NCBI RefSeq assembly: GCF_009914755.1
Contig: NC_060935.1
Length of the DNA: 64,000 nucleotides
Origin: the human T2T-CHM13v2.0 reference genome, Homo sapiens
Strand: one strand, 5' to 3'
Position 1 is the stretch's first letter. Each line of letters begins with the position of its first letter. Both the position numbers and the translations under genes were made by a program. Below the pieces are notes generated by a model. That model worked only from the letters and a program-made list of their open reading frames with translations. It was not told where the DNA came from and made no database searches. This document shows positions 13,283 to 27,322 of this stretch, piece by piece.

Positions 13283-16200
13283 ATGTCTGAAAAAGAATGC
13301 ATATAGCAGCATTTTAATATAAATAAACAGAAACCTAAATGCTCTTAAAATGAGCATGATCTATATATATTCTAAATATATATATTATGATTTGTGTAAT
13401 AACATATATAGTATATATAATGATCTATCCACATAACAGAATAATATACAGCTATTAGAAAGACAAAGTTAGATATAGATGATCAAAGATTGAAATATTT
13501 TCAAGATATGTAATTAGATGAGTAAACAAATTACTGAACAATATGTATAATATAACTGAGAGTTTTTAAACAATCTTTTCTTCTTAAAAGGATACATACC
13601 TAATTGTTATAAGTAATTACCCCTGAAAAATGAAAAGAAGCTGGTTATAGGTGATAGCGGCAGTATGAAGAGGAACTCCACTATTTTTGCTCTCTATATG
13701 GGTTTAAATTAGTTTTGAAATTAAAAAAAAATATATTAAGAACACCCCCTGAGTTGTGAAAGGCAGAGACATACATGAAGTCATGATGAAAGGTGCCAGC
13801 CTCTGAAATTCCTCGCATGGCCACACTCTAAGATCCCGAGTTGGAGACTACAAAATTCAGCAAGAGTGAGAAAGTGAGTCTACAGAGATGACAGTCAGCC
13901 AAGGCCAGCACAAGCAAAAATGTAAGCTATCTTTGCTGGCACATATGGCATTCCCATTATAAGTGCTTTTTCAGCCAAAAGTAATAAATTTCATTTTAAA
14001 CTAAAAAGCAAAGAAGAAAGGATAACCATAATCTTTGCAAAATGTACATGATAAAATGTGATCACTCTGGCATAATATATAGAACGCATTTTATATAAAA
14101 AGGAAAATATGGAACTAATATAAATAAATCATGTTTTATAAGTTATTTTCAATTGACTGCTTCATATGGATCTACCATATGAGCCTATACTTATACCTTA
14201 TAAACATGAAAAATAACCGAATCAGCAGGAGGGATTTCTTTCTTCAATAAAAGAACCATATGCCAGCTAAAAATTAAAATAATCACATCCCCCTATGTTA
14301 TTCTGAAACCCTGTCCCTGCCCAGTAACAGAACTGTAGCAGAACCATACCATCAACTAACATAATGGTGTAGAATAGTCTTTACTTATGATGTAAATCAT
14401 AAAGACAGCTAAGTAGAGACATTTTCTATTACTGGTTTGACCAACTGACAATCTACACAGAGAAATAAATATTCCTAATGAAAAGTTAGAGGCAGCCTAT
14501 GGTAAATATATGCTGTACATGTCCCTAATCTTTCATCCCAGTGGAGCTGGCAGAAACTAATCAGCAATCGCTGAGTTCCAACATGGTCTCAGTATCTTTC
14601 TCAATTCAACAAGTCAGGTAGTCACTATCAATCAAATAGAATTCTTGCCAATCTAGGGGAAAGTAAAGAAATTCCATTTACCATTTGAATATTTATCTCT
14701 ATTACAACACTTTTTGTAGATCAAGAAATTTGGAATTGCTATTGATCTTGATAATTTTATAGTTTTAACAATCTTGATAGTTTAATTTTGATAGTGCATG
14801 AGAGTAATAAGAGAATTCAATTCAATAGAAGAGTATTTTCATTTTAATTCTCACATGATTATGGCATTATACTTACTGTATTATGAGTTCAACAGAATGT
14901 TAAGAATTCAATGTGTAACCCAGTATTGTTTTAGACGTCTCTACTGGAAAAATAAACTTTTTAAAATTTTCTTTTAAAAAATAGTTTTGATTTATACTTT
15001 CAAAGATAGAATTATTAGTCTTTTTCTCACTGTATAATAACTAAGAATAACTGAATATTTGACATGTAAGATTTTGTACTTTCCAAGGTTCTTGACAGAT
15101 AAATATCATTTTCAAATACCTCAGAAAAAAAAAGCAGTTTAATATGAGGTTTTCATCTCTTCTGGCTTTTATCATTTTAGTGGCAGCCTTTAAATTATTA
15201 TCACAGCATTTGTACTTACTTTCCCTTTATTTTAATACCTATAGATAGAAAAAGAGAACTTGATAAATAATTTAGTATATTGTTTATTTATGCAATAACA
15301 AGTTAATAAGCAGAATTTTGTGAAATGTAATAAATCAAATAAGTATAATGTTACTTGATATAAAAATAAGCACTTAGAAAATGTATAACTTAAGGTGCTG
15401 GTTACATTTCCATTGTCAAAACTGATTATTTATTAAATTCTGCTAATCCACTTAGTTTTACGCCTCATAGTTATGACGGACAAAATTGCTTTTTATAGCT
15501 TTACGAAACAAACAACTAAAATTTTATAATTTTGTATTCCATTGTTGGAACCTGGAATAATTTGTTAACAGTTTTTGCAAGAGAACAAATCCTATAATAA
15601 AAGTGTTTATCTTACGCATTTGTTAATTTCTTATTGTGATCAGTCTTACACTGTAGAAGTTACAGTAAGTCACCAATTGAGTGAAGAATTAAATGCATGA
15701 ATGACAAAATGATTAAGAAAAACATAATTCATTTGATGAATAGATCATATGTATTGAGGTAGACATTTGCAGTCTTTAACTGAAAGGATGAGTAAGAATA
15801 ACACATTATACATTGATATATACAATTTATTGTATTTATTATGCACATTTATAATGGTGTCTTGCCTGTTTTTTCATTCTCTATTGCCCACATAGTCTCC
15901 CAGCAGTTTAGAGAATCTTTTTTTATTAGTGAAGTAAGACTAATAAAGTTAATTATAAACAAATTCTAGAAAATGCTAACTATATTTCCTCGATTTAAAT
16001 TTACATATTTGCCATGTTTAATGTGGTAGTGAACCTTTAAATAAGTGGTTTCATGTAGTCCTGAAAGAGAGTAGGGTAGAACTTGTCTCTGATTTACAGT
16101 AGTTTAAATAGTCCTCTTTAGCTAGGTCTTTATTCTAGGAACATAAAGATGTAGCTAGAACTGTATGTAGACAACACTCACTCACACTCAACACTGAATC

Positions 16201-18178
16201 ACAATGGTGAATTGTCTTCATGGCTTCACCAAAAACTACTTCACCAATTAAAATATGAAGAGATTTGACAAGTAACATACATAATTGGAAATTTGGGACC
16301 AAAAAGTTTACTTGCATTCTGCACTCTGTATTAGTCACACATACTCAGTAGAAGTATATTATTTCTCACATAATCATTTTGGTTTCCCGGAATAATATAC
16401 ATAATGATAAGATAATGACTCAAAAGCAAAATATATGTACCATAGGAAAATTAACTATACTTTTTTTAAATTAGAACACTATTGCTTGAAGATTTATGAT
16501 ATAGAAAAATAAATTAGGACACAAAGTCCAAATAATTTATTTTGTTAGATATATTTTAATAGACATTCATATTTCACTTTAAATGTTATTATTTATATTG
16601 CTGAACTGGCTTGGTAATTTCTTCCGGACTGACAGACACATTAGGAGTACAATTAAGCCAATGCAGTGAAAATTCACCGCCATTAATTTAACTAAAAACC
16701 TTTATAAAAGTCTAAATTTGAAAAATACCCCAATGCACAAAAATGTGTTTTATATGTAAACTAGGCTATTTATGATATTAAAATAAGCTGAAACATAACA
16801 ACTTCATTTTAATTAATAAACGTATATATTCACTAACAAACTAGAGAGTCAGTAATTTCAACTCTTGCAAATGGCCCCAGGAAAATATGATTTAATATAA
16901 TTTAGTTATCATTTATTATTGAATTAACATATTCTAACAAAATTACACAAATGCATTATATTTATTGTTGGAGGTCATCATAAATTTAGTAACATGCCAT
17001 TGTATGATGACTAGAAGCCAAAAAGTAAAAATACTTTTCATTTCGAAGTTCTTAGGTTTATTGTTACAATTATTTAATGGGAACTATAGAATATGAGAGT
17101 AATCAGAACACAGAAATTACTGCCTCAAGCAAAAGGAAACATTTAAGAAGGTGTTACTTATTAGTTGCAAAAGCAAATATATCACATAAAGACAAATGAC
17201 AAGGTTAGGAAATTCATAATCAAAATTTTCCCAAATCTGGCCCTAATAATACCAGTGCCCTGAGATGCTGTGAAAAAAATAGTGATGTAGCCTTATTGGT
17301 GAGAAATATCTTATCTTCTCTCTATGTGTCTTTTACTTCTACACATGTTTGTCTACTTGTACATATAGTTTGTGTGTTTATTTCATATCTGTCTTCCCCA
17401 TTAGTCTATAAATCCATGATACTTAGGTCCCTATTTATTTTATTCATCCCAAAAAACAATAAGCCCTCAATAGTATCTTTTAAAATACCATTAAAATATT
17501 TCCCAAATAGAAATAAATGGAGTATACTAACACATTAAAAGTTCTAACTAGTTCGTCAGTAAAAAAAAAAAGCTATTTAATTTTTAAATGCCCATTTTGC
17601 AAGTTGTCGAACATCCTTTGAAATTAGTGTTCACATGATTCATTTGGGGAAATTAAAATGTTAAACTAATTGCAGGCTTTCGAGTCTGGCAATTAATGTA
17701 GTCAGTATTAAATGTAAAGGTAAGAGAAGAAAAAATGGCTATGAGGACAATTATCCAAATCAAAATATGTGTTTAAGGCAGAATTTATTCTGTAATCTAC
17801 TTTGGCATTAAGCAAGCTGTCTGAATATGGTTATTATATTCTATGGGTACAACTTAATTTTTAGTTCTTTGAATCTCATACACATATTGCTAGCTATATA
17901 TAAGCAAAATACTGCCTTTATACTATCTTAACTTGTATCTTTTCCCATGCATATGTTAATCTAAAGTACATCTAAATTCTACCACATAAGTCACGTTAAG
18001 TACTATACTTTCTCATGATATTAGTAGTTCCTACATGATAACTGATATATACATATGGTAATACTTTTCTTGTTTGAAGATAACACATCCATATAATTCA
18101 CTAAAATGTACAATTTTATTTTTATGGAGATGCATCCCTGGGTTCAATCTTGTAGACTTTGAGATAAATCCACTAGAT

Positions 18179-18181
<3 letters not shown>

Positions 18182-18221
<40 letters not shown>
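18182..18221 (+). repeat. (TG)n microsatellite, ~20 units
   Basis: Direct read. Confidence 0.97.
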
Positions 18222-18223
<2 letters not shown>

Positions 18224-18295
18224 TTGCATACCATTTTCCCATATGTGCACGTGCCTTTTATATATTTTTCTGTTGTTATTGTAGCTAAACTTACC

Positions 18296-19426
18296 AACAG
18301 TAATAGATATACTTATTTGTAATTTAGGGTATAAACTCCAGTAGCAAAATACTTAGTAATAAAGCAAAATATTGTTTCAACACTTCATCAAAATTTATTC
18401 AGTGGATATGTCAGTCAAATCAGTAAATAGGAATTCAGTGGATATGTCAGTCAAATCAAAAAATAGGAATAAATCATTTCCTAAAAAACCATTAAGTGTA
18501 AATGAAGTAAAATTTAATTTAAGGTAATTATATCTTTAAGAAATAATCTCGTAGTGTCCCCCACTTGTGTAAAAAATATTATATATGCAGAAAACATGTT
18601 TCCTATATCTTAATAAACATAATCTACTTCCCTCTGCGTTGTGAAGTCTCTCATAAGAAATTACATCTTTTATTCTTTTCTTTTTGTATAATTCCTAGAA
18701 AAGGTAAGTTAATGGACAACCACTTCTTATGTAGTTTTTATACACAGAGCTCTTAATGGATACTAATTTTTATATTCCTACATTTTAAAACTTAGCATGA
18801 TAATTCATTTAATATCTACATGGTCAGAAACATATCTTTCTGTCCACCTCCTAGAATTTCATCAGAACATCTCAATTTGAATTAATCACTTTTCCTCTGC
18901 ATTTTCACATGTGTTCTTTACTACTCTACCTAAAATTACTTATGATATCTTCCTCATTTGATTGGACCTTTCTGGCAGCAAGAAAATCTCAAAGGTAGCA
19001 CTTGCATTGCTACCTATATGGACCAAGATAGAAATATCTGAATAATTTTTCTTTCCTATTCCCCACTGTCCCCAGTTCCCTAAAATTTTACACTGGCATT
19101 ATTTCTTAAACATTGACATGTACTGCACACTTAAAAAAAAAAGATGTTACTTGATTTTTATAACAGTTTTGATAATAGTTTATTTGTAAATTAAGCTATA
19201 AACTCGAGGAGCAAAATTCTTAGTGATAAAGCAAAATATGTTCCAATGTTTCATCAAAATTTATTCAGTGGATATGTCACTCTAATCAGTAAATCGTCCA
19301 AAAATAGAAATGAGCCATTTCCTAAAAAATAATTAGGTGTAAATTAAGTAAAATGTAATTTAAGGTAATTCTTTTTATCTTTAAAAATAATCTCATATTC
19401 TTTCCCACTTGTGTGAAAAAATATTA
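18296..19426 (+). repeat. Diverged direct duplication of ~270 bp (18296-18581 and 19162-19426)
   Basis: Shared blocks ttatttgtaa, ataaagcaaaatat, ttcatcaaaatttattcagtggatatgtca, catttcctaaaaaa, taatttaaggtaatt, ccacttgtgt. Confidence 0.9.
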
Positions 19427-19443
19427 ATTTGGAATTTAGACAT

Positions 19444-19988
19444 TGTGTTAGTCAGGGTTCTCTAAAGGGACAGGACTAATAAGATATAGGTATATATGAA
19501 AAGGAGTTTATTAGGAGTATTAACTCATACGATCACACGTGAAGTCTCACAATAGGCCATCTACAAACTGAAGAGCAGGAAGCCAGTCTGAGTCCTCAAA
19601 CCTCAAAAGTAGGAAAGCTGACAATGCAGCCTTCAGTCTTTGGCTAAAGGCCCAAGAGCCCCTGGCACATCGCTGGTGTAATTCCAAGAGTCCAAAAGCT
19701 AAAGAACTTGGAGTCTGATGTTCTAGGGCAGGAAGCATCCAACACGGGAGAAAGATGAAGGTCGGAAGACGCAACAAGTCTCTTCATTCCACTTTCTTCT
19801 GCCTGCTTTATTCTAGCCGCGCTGGCAGCTGATTAGATGGTGACCACCCAGATGCGGGTGGGTCTGCCTCTCCCAGTCCACTGACTCAAATATTTGTCTC
19901 TTTTGGCAATACCCTCAGAGACACACCCAGGAACAATACTTTGCATCCTTCAATCCAATCAAGTTGACACTCAATATTAACCACCACA
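19444..19988 (-). mobile_element. MLT2A-type solo LTR (ERVL; length fits MLT2A2)
   Basis: TG..CA termini; minus strand begins tgtggtggttaatattgagtgtcaacttgattggattg; 5-bp TSD gacat/aacat. Confidence 0.9.
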
Positions 19989-21589
19989 AACATACTTTAT
20001 TTTCTTTTAAAATTAAGCTGAAAATATATGAGAACACTAGCATATGTAATAAAAATTAGCATACTTTTTACAAACAAATTGAAACCATAATAAAATTCTA
20101 GCTATTTTATCAGTTCTTAGATTATTATCTATGCTTTCCATTTGGGCTATTCTTGGATATTGCATATACAATTTTCGAATACCACTAGATTAATAAGATA
20201 TATATGGTGCAGAGCTGTGCTATTCAATAGAGTAGCCTAGCCTCTGGGCACATGTGACAGTGCAGATTATATGTGTCAAATTATCTTTGTCATAAAACAT
20301 TTCATCATCACCCAAGTTCTGTTGGTCAGTTATGGTGTAGAGAGTTGAGGTAAAACTAGCTGCAGGAACTAGAAGTTATATTTTTTTCTGAAGTCACAGT
20401 GTTGCATATAAATAATTCAGAGTTTTCCTTTTAGTCTTCTCAATATTTCAATGACAGAGGCAGCCATTAGGTACTAAATATTGTTTTGTGCATCTTTCTG
20501 ACAGATGTGACAGGGATGTGACCTATTTTTCTATGTTTCTTTGAGGCATGTTGTGCTTTGAATCCACTGTGGTACTATGCCATTAATTCCCCAGATTTTA
20601 TCGCTCTTTGAGTCTCAAATATTTTACTCTGGTTGAAAATCCAGTATTTCAACTTGCATTGTATAAACTAAATTACTTATCATTATGACTGGCTGCCAGA
20701 GAACAAGAACCTGGATTAGGCAAAACTTACTGATATTGAGTGGTTTTATCATGAGAAAAAATATTAGAATACTCAGTGCTCTCTCTCTTAAATTTAATAT
20801 GAGGTTTTCTTGCCAATGTCTAAAAAACGCTTAGCTTTATGAGTTCTCTTTTTTCAGATGACCCTTCATGGTGGTTATTTTGTACCCTCTTTTTCTTTAA
20901 GATCCCACTTACTCCCTTTTATTCTCACTTAGAATGAATGGATGATTGTGTAATATTTGTCTACTGAGATCAAGATTATCTACCTGTGCTTTCACATAGA
21001 AATCTTTTATAATACCATTTGCTTCCACACATTCTTGTTTATAATTCTGTTCTCTCCCCTCCCTGCTGTTGTAATCCTAGATGAATTGAAGGAAAGCCTA
21101 CCTTCTGCTCTAGAAAGACTGCCCCACTCCTTGTTTTTTTAATTCTATTCACTCTTATTCTACACACAGGTAGAATTATATGGTTGCAAACAACAGAGAT
21201 TATCCCTGGTCAATCTATATAAAAGATAACTTATTAAAGGGATATGTATTCTTCACAGACTTATAAGAGTAGCTGGAAAAAGTAAAAATAAAAATAGAAA
21301 AGGGCCGAAGATACAGGAAACATCTAAGGATCCAGACAATCAGCTCAAGCCTGTCAGAACACCAAGATCAGGGTGAACAGGGAGAACAGAGCACCTTAAG
21401 CAGAGCTCCAACTGTATACAAATAAAAAATATACTTTTCCTGAAGTAAAAGTAGGGTTTTGTTACCTGGAGAGGAACTGCATGCTGGAAGACATAAGCTA
21501 AAAATTTCCACTATACTTCCCTTTCAAACGTGCACAAAATCATTTTAAATACACACGTGCACACACACACACCCCCGAAAATATATCAC

Positions 21590-21670
21590 TTGCTCTCTTC
21601 CTTCCTCCTCCTCCTCCTTCTTCTTCTTCTTCCTCTTCTTTTCTCATTATTATTAGCAGTAGTAGTAGTA
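21590..21670 (+). repeat. Compound trinucleotide repeat (CCT)(CTT)(ATT)(AGT)
   Basis: Direct read; adjoins a MIR-like segment at ~21690-21840. Confidence 0.85.
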
Positions 21671-21909
21671 TCACGGTTCCATAATAATATATAATATATA
21701 TTATTCATTGAACATTTATCATATGCAAATACTGTCCTAAATATTTTACATATACTGTTTATCCTCACTGGGACTCTGAGTAGGTTGGTAGTATTATGAT
21801 TCTCATTTTTTGTCAAATGAAAATTAATCTATTGCTCAACAGGTTTCCAGTTTGCTTTTGTCTGATTCTAAATACTGTGTTGGGCACAGTAGTTAACAGC
21901 AAAGTTGTT

Positions 21910-22060
21910 TGCTATGGTCTGAGTGTTTGTGTTCCCCTAAAATTCATATGTGGAAATCCTAACCCATAAGGTGATGGTATTAGGAGGTCATGAGGGTGCA
22001 GCCTTCACTAATGGAATTAGTTCCCATGTGCCTGGCCTCTTACCATGTGAGGCCCCGTCT
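21910..22060 (+). mobile_element. MLT1A/MST-like LTR 5' fragment
   Basis: tgctatggtctgagtgtttgtgttcccctaaaattcatatgtggaaatcctaaccc. Confidence 0.7.
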
Positions 22061-22693
22061 ATGAGTAGTGGCAGACTTTATTCAAGACTGCAATAGTGGT
22101 ATCGCAATAGCCATAACCATAGTAAGAATCTCAGTGGGTGGAAAATTACTAACAGGAGACATCAAGGATAGGAATTCTTGCTAAACTGCCTAACAGGAAT
22201 CTTGCTAAAGGCAGGTCAAGACATCAAAGGTGAATGATAATGAACTTCATCTGATATCATGAGTAGGGGTTGACTTAGCAGGATTATTTGCTCAGACTGG
22301 GCTGAGTAGGCCAAAAACAGGTGGAGGTGGGAGTTGTCCAAGCCGAAAGAAGGCTCAGAGAAGCCTTACTAAAATTTGGTCAAAAGGTGAATCTTTGGAC
22401 TTTGTCCAAGTCACACATTTTAAGTTGTCCTTTTCTTTCTGACATGGTATGTGTTCAGAATTTGAAAAAAACAAGCCCAAAAGAGAAAAAAAATGACTGG
22501 CTATAAACCCAGTGAATGACAGTATTGTCAGTGATTTCTAAAAAAAATCTTCCCCTTAGCAATTTCTGGACTCAGTTAAAACTTAGCAACATCTCTCCTT
22601 TGAAATAGTCTGAAGACAAGATTATGAAGACAAACTCTCAAATATTATCCTAGCTTCGAAACATTATAAATTCCCATTTATTGGAAGTTATTA

Positions 22694-23008
<315 letters not shown>

Positions 23009-25016
23009 CTATAATCGTGTTGTTGTTTAAATTATTTATTATATGTAATTATATCTCCGAGAAGCCATTGTAAAACAGTTATTTTCACTCACACCAGAGT
23101 TTCTGCATAGAATATTTAAAGCAGAGCAAACAGAGGTATATTTACCCAGTTTAGCGTAAAATAGGATACTTGAATAATGATTATACTCTTATTTCTTTCT
23201 TTTAAACACAGCACTGGTGCATTTTTATGTATTTTTCCATAACTAGGACATCAAAAAGGTAGAGATTTATTTGATAACAATAGGCAATGTTAACTGACAT
23301 GTTACATTTTAAGACATGACAGTAGTTCTTAATTTCTTGTTGCAGAAAGGTCACAATTATTTCTACCTTTCTATCAATCTTTCCTGACTCAAAAGAACGT
23401 TTAAAAGGAATCTGGTTTGGTATTTGTATGTCAAAGTTACAGACAACTTATTTTCAATTCGCACATCTAATTAGACAAAGTATGTTATTTTCCTAAATTT
23501 TTAAAAAGGAAAACAACTTCCGGCTACATAAATAAATTACATGTTCAAAAAGTTTGATTGTTAATTATATATAATTATATATAGTAACATACACACATAC
23601 ACAAATAGTTTGTTATGTTTTAGCTAATTGCCTTTTTTCTCTAGCTTCTCTCATCTTTCTGTCTTCTCTTGTTATGATGTATAATAGTGGTCCATAGAGA
23701 AAAATTATCTGGTAACTGCACAATTGCTCTCATACAAGGCATAAATCAGTTTCATAACATCTGCAGGCTTACATTTAAAAATCACCAAATCAATGCCCTG
23801 CTAGTAAGTATGAAATTAATGTGTCTGGTCACCTTGGCAATGGTTATTAAATTAATTTGATGGTGGCTGAAATTGATATATTTTCTTAATTGCATTCAAA
23901 AAGCTTATTTTTAAGACAAATGTATGGTATTTTATTATATATAGAAAATTATATATATACATTTACTTCTTTAATACAACAAAAGTTCAAAAAAGAAAGT
24001 GAAAACAAGATCATATCCTACTATCTAAAAATAATGATCATTAAGTTAAGCTAAGCTAGCAGATACTTCTCTATGCATAGTTATATGTATATCTATAGAA
24101 GTGGCTATAGATCTTGATATCTCTAAGATACATAGATCTATAGCCACATCTATATAGATGTGTAGATAGGGAGTTAGATAATAAGTAAGTAGATAGTTAA
24201 AGATAGCATTATAAAAATTGAATTTAAGAAAAATACCAAAATACAACTTTAAAAATTGATAACACCTATCTGTTTGCTGTAAGAGATATTAATGACTTAA
24301 AGTTCTCCTTACGGATGATATATAACTGTCAAGGTATAGTCAAGAAAACAAAATCTATTCCAAGTGGCCCATTAGATGGTTAAATAAGGGAAATTTAATG
24401 TGAGGAGTTAGTTACAATAATCACAAAAAGTGGCACAATTTAATTATTACAAAGGTCAAGAAGCCACCACCATTCAGGGACAAAGAAGGAAGTGGTTTTT
24501 CAAAGCATGGGAGCCAGGGCTGCTTGGATGGAGGAAGCAGGCACTATGGAGGCAGTTCTTTGGGAGCTGGGATCACATAAATACAGTTACTGCCAGAGAT
24601 GTCACCCAAAGCAGAGAAAGAAAGGAATATCTTGGCTTTTCCCCGCCCATCAATCTGCCACCACTGATTCCCACTGGCCAAACTTAACCGACAGTCCTGG
24701 GTAAAGAAGCCTAAGAAATATAGCTTATAGAAATTAGCTCCGACATACGGAGCAGACCAATGGCAGGGGTGAAAAATAGACCTGGAAGCCAACAACCAAA
24801 TTACTAGATAAATAAATTTAAAAGATTATGACAATAAGAAGTGTTGGTGACTTTTGTTAATTCCATATTTCAACTTTAGACAGTATTGACTGACTTTTTG
24901 TCAGTCAATTATCACTTCCATTTTCTCCCTCTTCGTTTCCCTCTATCTCATGTTTTGTTTATTTTTATCAGTTATATGTTGACTACTGGGCCATAATTTA
25001 TAATACACATTATGCC

Positions 25017-25018
<2 letters not shown>

Positions 25019-25060
<42 letters not shown>
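25019..25060 (+). repeat. (AC)n microsatellite, ~21 units
   Basis: Direct read. Confidence 0.97.
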
Positions 25061-25064
<4 letters not shown>

Positions 25065-25176
25065 TAATAGGTTCAATACTTAACACTAGGCTTCCTATGT
25101 ATTTGTGCTCTTTAATGTGGTAATTCTCATAGTTGGATGAATTTTAAGTATTTCTTTAGAAATTTTACTTACAGAT

Positions 25177-25493
<317 letters not shown>

Positions 25494-25501
25494 TTACAGA
25501 T

Positions 25502-26500
25502 AAGGTTTTTTGAGGTCCTGCTTGAGATCTTGCCTCCTTGAAAATGACTGTTGCCACTATACTTGAAAGGAAGTACGGCTGGGTATAAAATTCATGGCTC
25601 AATTTTATTTCCCCAGAATAGTGCCCATTGCTCAGTAAGAGGACAAAGCCTCCTCCATTTATCTTTTAGTTGGCTTTTTGGCTAGATTGCCTATATAAGT
25701 AGGTTATTTTAAATTTATTTCTAAATTTTCTAAGTTCTCTCATGATTAATATGTGCCCCTTATCTTGTTCTTGAAAAAGTAATCAAGGCTAATACAATAT
25801 TCCTGCAACACACACCCCACCAGCACCTACCATCAGAGAATATTTATTTTACTTATTTTCTTGTGGCATTCAATCTTGCTGAGGGGAAATTTTAGGCCAA
25901 GTTGATCTTTTTCTTCGTATGTGACTCACTTTTTTCCACCTGGTTCTCCAAAACTTTTTCTTTGATCATTGAAGTGCAATGATTTAATCAGCATATGTTG
26001 CTTGATATTTTTAAACATTTTGTTTCCAAGAATGTGGTATGCCTTTTCATTCCTTAGTTTCAGTTTTCTTCTTCTTTTCGTTTTTTCTACCATATCTTTG
26101 AATAGTTTTATTTGTTCCATTTTGGCAGGGGTTGGTTGTCTTCTTCAAGGACATCAAATACCCTTGTTTTTAACTATCTTTATCCATCACATTTTAATCT
26201 CCCTAATTTCATTAATACTTTAATCTCACATCTACCATTTAAAAATTACTGTGATTATCTCAAACCTTTCTCTAAGTCAGCACATTAAAATCTATTTATC
26301 ATATATTCAGAAATTATTCACCATTTGTTTTAGTTTTGCAACCTCTCTTCACTGTTATGTTGTCATTGAGTTCATATTTCATTGAATTCATTAACTTATG
26401 TTTTTTATAGTATGAAGAATCACTGGGGAATTTTATCCTTTTCCTTAAGTTATGTTTTCTTCAAGAATAGTTTCCTTTTTGTTTATGACACACTAAACTT
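25502..26500 (-). mobile_element. Decayed L1M (ORF1-region) fragments
   Basis: ggctgggtataaaattc motif and T-rich L1 antisense texture. Confidence 0.45.
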
Positions 26501-26701
26501 TCTTTTTTCCTTTCTCTTTCTTTCTTTCTTCCTTTCTTTTTCTCTTTTTTTCTTTATTTCTTTTCTTTCTTTTTTTTTTTTTTTTGTGGTGGTGGTGTGC
26601 TTGCATGTTTTCCTCATCACTTCTTTTCTGTCCAAACATTCTACTTACTCTTATTGAGTAGCCTTATTGTTGGTATCTGTGAAATAAGAATATACATAAG
26701 C

Positions 26702-27322
<621 letters not shown>

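Noticed and set aside
18397-18468. 36-bp repeats as a CRISPR-like array
   Set aside because: Two adjacent units with no spacers, no cas genes, and mammalian context.
21586-21816. Arg-rich basic peptide ORF
   Set aside because: Produced by the CCT/CTT simple repeat and adjacent MIR.
26382-26657. Hydrophobic Phe-rich 'membrane protein' ORF
   Set aside because: Translation of a T-rich low-complexity tract.
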